Positions 26,224 to 36,463 of a stretch of 64,000 nucleotides of DNA are shown piece by piece (positions within the stretch are counted from its first letter, which is position 1; each line of letters starts with the position of its first letter). The notes beneath the pieces are model-generated. The model was not told where the DNA came from. It searched no databases and worked only from the letters and a program-made list of their open reading frames with translations. This stretch comes from Cenococcum geophilum (lineage: Eukaryota): NCBI GenBank assembly GCA_050273025.1, contig CP158636.1:8742001-8806000 (forward strand). The letters are read 5' to 3'. The position numbers were made by a program, and so were the translations under genes.

Positions 26224-26410
26224 AAATGATGTGGTTATAAAAGCGCAATATATTATAATCGCCTTTTTCTGTAATGAGCAACAGCTGTCAATTGAATATG
26301 GAAGGTCTACCCCATCCAGCGACCCTATTCCAGTTTCCACCTTCGCACACACTAGACCTCAGCTCCCGTCTCACCATCTCCGCGCCGATTTACCCGCTCT
26401 GACGCAATAT

Positions 26411-27513
26411 TTAAAGTCCTTTCTTCCCGCTGGCAGCCTTAACTCCTGCAGCACGACTAATCACCGCATCTAGCCGGCCGAACATATCCACTCCCATAAA
26501 GACCGCTTTTGTTCTCACGTCAGCATAACTATACCAGCAATATAGCAATATCCTATCGTAGGATCCCCGGCATATATTTATATGTCATGGAATTAGCCAC
26601 TTACCGAGAGCCAGGTACGGCACATACAATGCGCCTAGCGTGACTTTTGCATCTTGAGAAATGTTATCCCAGCTGAGGTAATCCGCGATGCACGTGAGTG
26701 TCGTTAGACCAGTTTGGACGGCGAAAAGAAGGAGATGGAGGGGCACTTTGGGGTCATCTATTTCCTATTTTAGTATGTTCCATAAATACATCAAGCCCTA
26801 AGCGTGCTGAGGGGGTGATATAAGGGCAATGGTGGAAGCTGTATGAAACCGAATGACGTGAAGCGGCGCAACATGGAATATCCGTATCACAAGGGGGAAT
26901 TGCACATACCCCGGGTTAATGCTCCGATAGCCCATACACTTAGTGGAACGTGATAGAGGGCTTCCATCCACATGTAGACATTAAACCAGGCCCTTGGGCC
27001 CCATGAGCATTCGTTCAATTATGTCATAACTGTGGGTCCGGAAACAGTGATACTGAATACTTACGGTGGAATAACGAAGAATTGGTCTTGATATGTGGCA
27101 ATGTACCACTCCCTGAGACCAGTCATCCACGTAGGCTTGGCTACTTCAGGATATATGGGGTAGAGATCGATCGCTATAATAGCACACTCACGCATTCAAT
27201 TAACGTGGATCCCATATATTTTGCGTAGGCCCACGGACACCGAAGCTTTAAAAAATTCGGATGACTCCGAAATGCAGGTTGACATGGCCGGCATCTAGGA
27301 AAGAAAGCATGGAAAAGTGATGGAGAAGAAAGATGACTGAATGGACTAGAGGAATGGGACCGGCGATCTGCTGCCAAGAACGTAGGCTTGATGCTGATAA
27401 TAAAAATAAAGATATAAAGGACGAAGCTACTTACCAAACATGATAGGCAGGTGGATGATGAAGAAGGTGAGGTATAGGATATCGCGCTTGCGAGCACTGA
27501 GCGGGCGTGCCAT
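26411..27513 (-). CDS. EXPERA-domain membrane protein (TMEM97/Ema19/TM6SF-like); not shown in the ORF track
   Basis: Five exons joined: MARPLSARKRDILYLTFFIIHLPIMF-AIDLYPIYPE...WYIATYQDQFFVIPP-AWFNVYMWMEALYHVPLSVW...DDPKVPLHLLLFAVQTGLTTLTCI...LYVPYLAL-AVFMGVDMFGRL...KKGL*. GT-AG introns; the C-terminus resembles a KKxx ER-retrieval signal. Confidence 0.88.
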
Positions 27514-27992
27514 AATGAAAATGCAAAAAGCAGCAGGAAAACGGTTACTAGATAAAATATAGACGTGATACGGCCGGGTACTGATGGTTGTACTATTGCG
27601 CAATGTTGATTCAGAGCTTGTTTACTTGATGCCAAGCAGGCGGCATATAGGGTTGAGCTGGTTGCACGTGATTCTCGTATTCCAATCCTTTTAAGTATGT
27701 GGATTCTCATATGTATACACTAATCTCACTTATTGAATTTAGACCTTCCGACGCCTATAGCCACCCGCTATCTGAGGCTGTGTACAACAATATTCCAAAC
27801 GACACCCACCAGAAGCACGCCCACCAAAGATGCGGTTTGCTTTTCCGTTCTGACGCGCCTTGAACACCACCAAAGGAATCTTAAAGAATAAAAGACCCTC
27901 CTAAACTCGGCTCACTAATTACCACTTTTACCAACATCATTAACGCGGCGAATCTGGTATTATTGCTCATGTAGTCCGAGGTATGAATACTT

Positions 27993-30900
27993 TTACCTCA
28001 ACATGCTTTCCACTGTCGCTCTGAGCACTCTCCCTCGTTCCATCCACTCCCTACCTTCTTCCAATGCCGCCCCACTCAAAACTTCCTTCAAAGTGTCCGC
28101 AACTGCGATAGTATTCTCCTCGCCTCCAAAGACAACCCCATGTCTCGAGGTGTCCTCAAACCACTTCTCAATTACATAGATCAAATGCTTCGCTATGATC
28201 CGCTTATTGCGACCTGCAAAAGGTGGCTCGTCGGACCAGTAAAGGGTCTCCAATACTGCGACAAGTGATTCGCATGGGACATGCAACTCAAGGAAAATAT
28301 CCAAGACCCAAGTCTGCGGGGCATCCATCACCTCCCCAGTTTTCCCCGCTTCCCTAGCTCGTTCAGCCGAGGTAGTTATGTCGTATTGTAGAAGTAGCGG
28401 CAGTAGAGTGGGTATTGGAAAGGTTGTCTCCGAGCAATTGAGGCGGCGACCTAGGGTCCGGACATTCTCAGCCACGAGCTCCCACGGTTGCGTGTGTTGC
28501 TGTTCTATGGCTTCGATGTGCAGCTGCTCCACAAGGTTGGTCCACGTCGCCCGGATGTCGGTAGCGTTGCGGTAATCAGCGGCGTGGTAAATCTGAATGC
28601 AGATGTCGTAGTAGCCGGCTTGATCTGCGTAGCCGTTGTAGAGCTGGCGTTACAAAAAGTGTTAGCATGAAAGTTTACAGCGAGGAAACAGCGGGAAGAT
28701 TGTAGAAAACTAATGAAACAGATGATAGATATCAGGCGAATAGCGACATACCTCATCTAACGGTAAGATCTGTCCATCGAGTTGCTTCAGAACCTCGTCT
28801 CTTCTTTCTCCTTGCAGTCTGACATCTGACTTCATCCGCTGCAGAATGTCCTCCTGGATATTTGCCAGGTCTAGCAGATCTGAAACTTCTCTTAGTAGCT
28901 CCTGCCTTGACTGTCGGTTCATACGCATATCTGAGATCCCTGTAACTCTCGTCGACGCATTCGCTCTTGCACGGCTAAGATACTCGATCCGTTGCTCAAG
29001 ACTCAGCTCAAAGCCACTCTTCACAAGCTGGAGCTGTACCGTTGCAGCTTCAAAATAGCTGTTATAATGAGCATAGTATCTCCATAGCAGGTCTGCGTGT
29101 GCTGCGTCGTCCAACGATTTGCGTTGCAGATAGGTGACAACATGGGGCGAGCTGATCTCTAGAAGGCGATCACTCCATCCCTGGCTCAGGTACCAGTCGT
29201 AGAGATATGTCTGGAAGACCTCATCGTCCGAATTATTGATTTCTTCATAAGCCTCGCCCCGCCGGCGGGCAGTGAGGGACAAAGTACCGTCCACCATGTC
29301 GGGCTTATCACTGCATGCCTTATCTACAGCGCGGATGACTTCATGCACAAGGTCATAGCATTTTGTCCGACTTTCAAAAGATGCTCTCCGGACATCCTAC
29401 AAGCTATTAGTATATCCAGTATATCAATTTGCAGGGCGATCACTGGAACCCACTTGTTGGGGACAACCATCTTTGATCCATGCCAGTGCTCGGTTGCCAC
29501 GGTCCAACTGCTGCGCGACTTTTAAAGCTAGCCTAATAGCTCCTATAAAAATCGTTAGAGAAACAACCAATTATTAATAGGGATATTGACTTACCAGCAT
29601 AGAACGCCATCGATACATACTGCTTGACAGCCCATTCTAAGTGTTCCATAGACAGACTCGCCGCGACCTTCTCAAAGAGCTTCAAACTCTCATTCAAGAG
29701 CATACGACCAGACTCAGTATTTGCGCCAGCCTCTGAGGCTTTCTTAAGTTGCTCCTGGGCCTTGAAAATGACCACATCTTCGGAGCTGCAAAAGCTGCCA
29801 CAGCGCCTCCGTAAAGCCTCGGCGATTGTCTCGACGTTGGATCCCTTGGCAATATTTCGATTGACAATAGCTTTAACTAGCTCCTTCGCCAGCTCCTTGC
29901 CGTTGGGTGAGCAGAATAGCCCCTCGAAAGTGAGTTCCCGCACCCTCTGTCGCGAGGTGTCCGATAGTGATAGCACGATCTCGTCTACCCTCTCATCAAA
30001 TAATACTAGGACGAACGATATACCTTCGATAACACTTCCAATCAGCTGTACTAAACTCGTGAGCGCCCGATTCTCCCCCTGAAGCTCGACCTCGTCTTGT
30101 TTTGTCGCTGCTCGCCCCAGCGCCTCCGGTCCTGCTAACCCATCAATGAAGCTCTTATTCGCATCCAAGAATTCTTGCAGATGAGTAAGATCTCGCTGGA
30201 TGCTCTGTAGCTTTAGTAGCTGGACTGCTGGGGCAACTGTTAGACCTCCAATAGGCGTACTACCCTCTTTCAGAATCGGCGATTTCCAGATTGAGCGCAC
30301 CAGGCGAGAAATGTAGAGCGCAATACCCTCATGCCGTGGCGAAGGCCGTACGTTGTCAATCGCAGATGCGCTGTTGTCGACAACTGAGTTTTCGTTCAAT
30401 TGCGCCTTTCCGCCGAATTCGATAAACGCTTTACGCGCATACTCCAAGATGTCGTGGTCCGTTATTTTGGCAACGCGAGCATCGGGAGTCACATCAGAAC
30501 CCTGCCCGCAGGCAACTGCGAGAGCTGTAGCGCTCGTCTCGCCACGTCCATACAACCGTACGAATTTACGAAGTTCCGCTTCGAGTCCCTCTTCACCACC
30601 ACCATAGCGAATAGCGGAAGCAAACATGTCTACCAGGCGACGGCGGCGAATCGTCTGGACTCCAGTATTTGTGAGAATGGCGATTTCGCTTCCGGGTTGA
30701 TCAAATTGTACAGCCAGTTCGTTCCCAAAACCCATTGGTGAAGGTGCGGCGGCGAATGGCGGCGTGACCAACCCAATATCTTCCATTTGACCTCCAAGTT
30801 GAAGCCAATGGCCTAACTCCATGTATCTGAAGCCCTGTGCTGGCTCTTGCGGTCTCGCGATCCGTCCAGAATCCGGGGCTGACATGAACAAGAGATCATT

Positions 30901-32401
30901 ATCGCCCGCTTGCGTCCTCTGCACGAAGCAGAAAAAGTATCCCGGTGCATATCTATTGGCCTTCCGGGTCATCATTAGCATCTTCGAATTGGTCGCAATT
31001 GGTGGCGCAGCTTGATATGTTGTTAACTGTGAGGAAGGACTCTGACTTGATGCGTGGCCTTCAGGGGGAGGAAATTTGACATGGTGAACCTGCATGCTGG
31101 TTGGAGCGCTAGATGAATCGCTGAAGTAGTACGTGCCAGAGGTTGCGCTCAGGAAGATGCGACAGCCGGTTGATGTTGTAGCCATGAGATTCAATCGCGC
31201 AGATTCCGTTGCAGATATAGGATCGATAGAGACAAGAGTGGCATTTGGTCCTAAAAGCTCTGATCTAACCATATGCCCGATCATTGTCTTTATACTGCTT
31301 AGAGGTCTCGTGATGACACAGTCGAGGGTATTGGCTGTTTTCATGTGAAACACTCTAATCGTGGAGGACGAAGATAGAGTATAGAGTAAATTCCGGGTGT
31401 CGTCAATCGCCATTTGAACGACATGTTCATGAACTATCTTTTGCCCGAAAGATATCGTGGAAAGTAGAGTAGAAGTAAGAGGCTTCGAAACATGGTTGAT
31501 CTTGGCGCACCTATTCGCAAACCATTTCTCTTCTTGCTGGTATGTGATCTCGTAAATGTCGTCCGAGTCCCGTCCATCGCCAAAGAATATTCTTCCTGTT
31601 TTTGCCGAGCCTTCTATACAGCTGACTTTCATTCCCTTGATAGACACGTGCATGCGCGTTTGGTACAATGCTACGCTGTGAACTCCTTCCGGTCCTCGCT
31701 GACAGGACACACCAATCAAGTAAATGTCAGATATAGTCGCGACAACCAAAAGATGCGAAATCGAATCCACGAAAACCTTTGGTCGAGGAACAACCAACTT
31801 TACTGCTGTAATCGTATTTGGTTGCTCCTCGAAACCAATCAGTTCAGGATTCGGATGTGTATAGTCCCATAGATATAGCTGATTGTCTATCGTTATCCAG
31901 GCATGATTTAACTCCGCAAATAGCCCCATCATCGTCGACATCTGGCCGTGGTTGTACTGCTCAAATATCCGGTCGGGGATATCGTATGTCTTGACTCTCT
32001 GGAAAGGTGCCCATGCTGTGCTGGTAGGAATGTCGTAATCAGAGGATATACCTTCTACAAAATGGTAAGTATTCTAGATGCGAGGGCCGGAATTTGGGAT
32101 GATGCTCACGTCCAACATAGGTATCTAAGTCAGGATACCTCGTTTCCTGAGTTAACGTCTCATTGATTGTTCGCGCCGCACGCTCTATAGGTGTAAGGGT
32201 TTGCGCCGTACTTGTAGTAGCTGGAAGTGCTACTTGTTGTGTGGGAGCAAGGGAAGGCTGGGTCTGCTGTTGGCCGACATTCTGGAAGGATGTAGTAGTT
32301 GATGGAGCTCGAAACACCGGAGGCCGAGAAGGCGCAGGAGTATTGATGAATGCGCCTGGCGGTGTAGGCCGCTGAGGGGTCGCAGGGACCGCGAAAGACA
32401 T
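27993..32401 (-). CDS. NUP170: Nucleoporin Nup170/Nup157 (Nup155 family)
   Basis: Exons 32401-32110, 32054-29595, 29542-29454, 29396-28752, 28643-27993. Motifs MGLFAELNHAWITIDNQLYLWDY, GFGNELAVQF, SPRHEGIALYISRLV, LRRRCGSFCS and LEQRIEYLSRA. Confidence 0.95.
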
Positions 32402-32889
32402 GGGCTTGAGGAAGAGGAAGAGGATGGATTAGCGTGTTGTCTTTGACATCAAAAACGCTGGCAAGGCATATAGTACAATGCGCCAAAAATCAGTCCTGAA
32501 AAATGAATGTGAGGAAAAAGGGGAGAGAGTCAAACAATGGAGTCGCGACAAATTTATTTGCAGGCACTTGAATGGCCTCTTGGGGGGAATTCTTACTCAA
32601 GGTTTCTACTGCGACAACAAAAGCTTGAAAGCTATGAGAGCCTGGGAGCGCGTCTCGGATCAACTTTTTTGCGTCGGTTTCCGGAGACTGGCATCAATCA
32701 AATCGAACAAGAAGCGAATGCCTAGAGAGAATATTGGAATTTGCAATTGCATTTCGAGAGGGAGTATCTACATATTCAAATACTCGAGGTTGGGCCACCG
32801 CACTACCTTGTTCTATTTTCTGTTTTCTATTGTTGGTTTCAATTGAAGCATTTCCACCGGATATTTGATTCACCGCTTCAACAGAGACA

Positions 32890-33498
32890 ATGGCTTCACT
32901 ACCCCGTCCTGTCTTCCATCTTTCCGCACGCACTTTACCTTCGAATTTGCTTCTCAGGGACCATGCGCGCCGTACCACCGCCCCACCCTGCTGTCGGTGT
33001 CTATCCTCCACGCCTCCAAACTCGTCCTCACCCATCCTCACGCAACTCCGCAACGACTTGAAGATTGCTATGCGTAACAAGGACACGGCACGACTATCAG
33101 TCCTACGTACTATATTAGCTGAAATTACGAACGCCTCCAAAACAAATTCTCCCATCGCCAACGACCTCCAGTTGCTGGCTCTGCTGCGGAAACGTATAGG
33201 AAGTGCGCAATCAGCAGCAGCAGAGTTCTCAGCAGCAAACCGGCCAGACCTTGCAACGAAGGAAGAGCAGCAGATAGCCGTATTGGAGGAGTACGCAGGC
33301 AGTGTCGAAACTGTAGGAGAAGCGGATATTAAGAACGCTGTAGAAGGTGTAATTGAGAAATTGAAAGCAGGTTCCGAGAAGCTAGATTTGGGCAGCGTGT
33401 TGAAGTCAGTAACAGGGCCAGGAGGCGAATTGGAAGGGAAGCCAGTAGAAAAGAAAGAGGTTGTTCGGATCGTGAAGGAGATGCTAGGGTCGACGTAA
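32890..33498 (+). CDS. AIM41: Mitochondrial GatB/YqeY-domain protein (Aim41-like)
   Basis: Arg/Ser-rich presequence, then LRNDLKIAMRNKDTARLSVLRTIL...AANRPDLATKEEQQIAVLEEY. Transcribed divergently from NUP170. Confidence 0.88.
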   Translation: MASLPRPVFHLSARTLPSNLLLRDHARRTTAPPCCRCLSSTPPNSSSPILTQLRNDLKIAMRNKDTARLSVLRTILAEITNASKTNSPIANDLQLLALLRKRIGSAQSAAAEFSAANRPDLATKEEQQIAVLEEYAGSVETVGEADIKNAVEGVIEKLKAGSEKLDLGSVLKSVTGPGGELEGKPVEKKEVVRIVKEMLGST

Positions 33499-35203
33499 TT
33501 CGGTGAGGTCAAAGCATAACAAATGCACGGTAGATAAGCGAAAGGCGGATGTAAGATAGTATCACGAATTGGACTTGTAAGATACGTGTAAGGGGAGGCG
33601 CATTGATGTGTAAGTAAAAGCAGTCACTTCACTCTTCCTAGTTTATTAGTGTCATACGTGCACCATTAGAAGAAGCTATGTACGAAATTTGACATTCTAT
33701 TAATCCTTCTTCGCATTTAAGATCTAGTTCGCATTAATTTGTTGTGATATATAACGTGAATCTCAATTGCTGTCTTTCTAATCATTCGATAATCCGTGGC
33801 ACAAATTTAGCAAGCATTAATATACAAACCAGCTGGCTTAGGCTTCTGGTTCTGAAAATAGCCAAGGCACATTTCATCAAGCCCATTCAGCTAGAATGTG
33901 ACTGAGGTGCCAGCTGGGCACTCATGAGACCCAATCAAATAGCTGTTATCTGGCTAGACAGCATACGAACCGAAATCGAACAGCTTCGCTGGGGCGTTGA
34001 CATAAGCAGAACAATCGGAACAGTGGAACGGAACGGTTAGTAGAAATAGCAGTCGAAACAGTTAGAATAGTATTAGGCCTAGAATATGTTGGTCGGAATA
34101 GTTAAACAGCATAATAGATCTAGTGGGTCTAGCAGCGGTATAGATCTAGAACAGTAGAGATAAAATAGTTAGTTAAGACAGTAGGGACAAAATAGCCGGA
34201 CGGAATAGCGGCAGTAGCGGCAGCAGCAGTGGCGGTGGTAGAGCAGTTATTATTTAGCTAGTCGTTTAATATCAAAACTCTATATCTAGCCCTGTATCGG
34301 TCTGTACTGTATATAGCTTCTTAGTTAAGGCTCTGCCCGTGGCTTTGCATTAGACCCTATATCTAGTTATGCGTCTAGCTGTGCATTTAGCTATGCACTA
34401 GTAGCTCTGCATTATATATTCTACGTCCCTATCTGCGTGCGTGTCTATATGCGTGCCTATATGCCTACTTTAACTGCTAGCCGAAGACTCTCTAATTGGT
34501 TAGCGGAAATGTGCTGCAACTAATTATTCGGTCGTTTAATTAAGGTAGAAGGTTGGCCCGGTCGAAGGCTCTAACGGTTCTAATTTAAAGAGACGGCGTT
34601 TAACTAATTAAGATTTGACGAGACCCTAGCTTAACTTAAGGTGTCTTCTACTGCATATACTGTTGGAAAACAAGCCCGCAACGATATCACGTGATGAGAC
34701 TTGTGGGAGAAACCTCTTGGCAAGAATCTGACCAATCAGACAACTTCGACCGTCGGTCGAAGTTCCTTGAAATCTCTTCAACCACCTATATAGAAAATAA
34801 GCAATACATAGAGTTTTAGCTCTATAACCTTAATTTAACAGGTTATAAGCCCGGGTTTACGCCTAATAAACTAAATCTAATTGCTTTATTATTGTTACAA
34901 TAATTGCTATCGCAATATTACCATATGGGCGTGAAAAGTTAGTAAACGTTTACCTAACTTACAACGCCAAAAACCTATAATAAGCAGCTACGTAGCTGTT
35001 AACTATAGACTCTACGGTAAATATATAAGAGGATCCTATTAAGGACGAGCCTAATATAGTTTATAATTAAACAGTGGTATAATAAAGCCTGAAACTAGAG
35101 GCTATGGAAGGCTCCTAAGCCGTGCGAAAGCGTACCAACTCTAGGAGGAAACTCTTATACAGACTACTGGGGGGTAGACTGGTACTCGGGTAATACCGTT
35201 ATA

Positions 35204-35786
35204 GATAGATAGATTAATTCTATTACGCTGTTGCGGTTCCTTAAGGTCCATGCAGCGGTTCTATGGAGCGCTATTCTCTACAGAGGAGGAAACCAGCACA
35301 CTGGGAAAAACCTCCTCCTAGAACTGGCTAGTCGAACCAGTATACTATATACAGATGCCTCCTCCCACTGTTGGTGGACTAGTGTAGCTAATAGCCAAGG
35401 TGTATACTGCTAAGCACAATTTTTAGTCACATTATCGTAAACTCCCCCTAGCCGTGACCAATAGTATATCCCCGCCCCACTGTTGCGATAAATAGCGCCC
35501 TTACCAACATTCTCTACCGCCCCGTTGCGCGCCACACTAAGACTAGGGGTTGGTTGCTCCTATCACCGTTACAAGCCAACAGGCCTATTTTTTTAGCGCT
35601 GGCAAGCGCCCTTTAGCCATCTTAATACTGCAGATGGTGGCGCCTGCATACCCTTTTGAGATTTATGTGGAGAGTAAAAAGCCACAGGAAAGAAAAGGGC
35701 TGTAGGATTCGAACCTACGACCTTCGCGGTCACCACTCCGCGTCGGACTTCCCGATAGCACATCTCTACCACTGCGCCATCGCCCC
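35204..35786 (-). mobile_element. tRNA-derived SINE-like element (583 bp)
   Basis: 13-bp TSD TAATACCGTTATA at 35191-35203 and 35787-35799. The 5' head has an A-box (TGGCGCAGTGGTA) and a perfect T-arm/B-box (GTAGG-TTCGAAT-CCTAC). The 3' end is ...GTAATAGAATTA followed by (ATCT)n. Confidence 0.82.
35696..35786 (-). pseudogene. tRNA-like head of the SINE (not a functional tRNA)
   Basis: GGGGCGATGGCGCAGTGGTAGAG...AAGGTCGTAGGTTCGAATCCTACAGCCCT. The acceptor and D stems are imperfect and the anticodon arm is replaced by extra hairpins. Confidence 0.7.
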
Positions 35787-35934
35787 TAATACCGTTATAA
35801 GATATCCAAAAGAACTGGTGAAATTCCCCGCAATTGGTGGTGGCAGCCAACTGCTTATAGTTTGGGACTAAAGCACTAGAAAACTGGGGTAGAGGCCTGG
35901 ATAAGCAGGCATGTTGAACTCTACTGTATTACTA

Positions 35935-36463
35935 GCTAATATATAACTACCTGCCCGAGATGCGAATGTGGCTGGCCAAGACAGACACCAAAACACGTAA
36001 TACTGCTATGCCCCCTACGCACCAATCGAGAAACAATGCTCTCAGCAGCTGGCACAGAGAACTATAATACACTGCTCTTAACACAAAAAGGCCTCAAGGC
36101 GGTCACCCAGTGGCTTATTAGTCAAAATGTGCTAAATCAGTTCCGGGTTGCAAGGGAAATAGTAATAGAAGGCAAGGGGGCGAGCAGCAGGTGCCCCCTA
36201 GTAACTCTACAGTAGTAGAGTAATAGTTTGTAATACTAGCGCGTCCGTAGGCTTGTTACGGCAGCAGTGGTTCCCAAGGAGGTTAAACAGTAAGGTAGTA
36301 GAGCACCATAGGCGCTAAGTAGGCGAGTCCCAAAAGGCGGGGAGATGGATCACGGGGTTTTCTCATTTTTCTTAAATAGAGTTTTCTCCCCATATGTAAA
36401 TAAGGAGTAGTCCGCGTAGGCCTAATAGGGATCCAAATCGGACGTTAAGCAATGAATTATTAT
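35935..36463 (+). mobile_element. 3' fragment of a Tad1-like LINE (ORF2 C-terminal CCHC finger, 3' UTR and TAT tail)
   Basis: CPRCECGWPRQTPKHVILLCP...AAGTENYNTLL...GLKAVTQWLI...VLNQFRVA. Ends GGACGTTAAGCAATGAATTATTAT. The 5' boundary is approximate. Confidence 0.8.

Noticed and set aside
32694..33512. 272-aa antisense ORF over AIM41
   Set aside because: Antisense shadow of a well-supported gene.
34650..35190. Possible start of another DNA transposon with a RIP-ed ORF from ~34797
   Set aside because: No matching TIR, TSD or transposase motif was found, so it is left unannotated.
35696..35786. Functional tRNA gene (including tRNA-Sec, given the extra arm)
   Set aside because: Acceptor and D stems are mismatched, no canonical anticodon arm is present, and it sits at the end of a TSD-flanked insertion.
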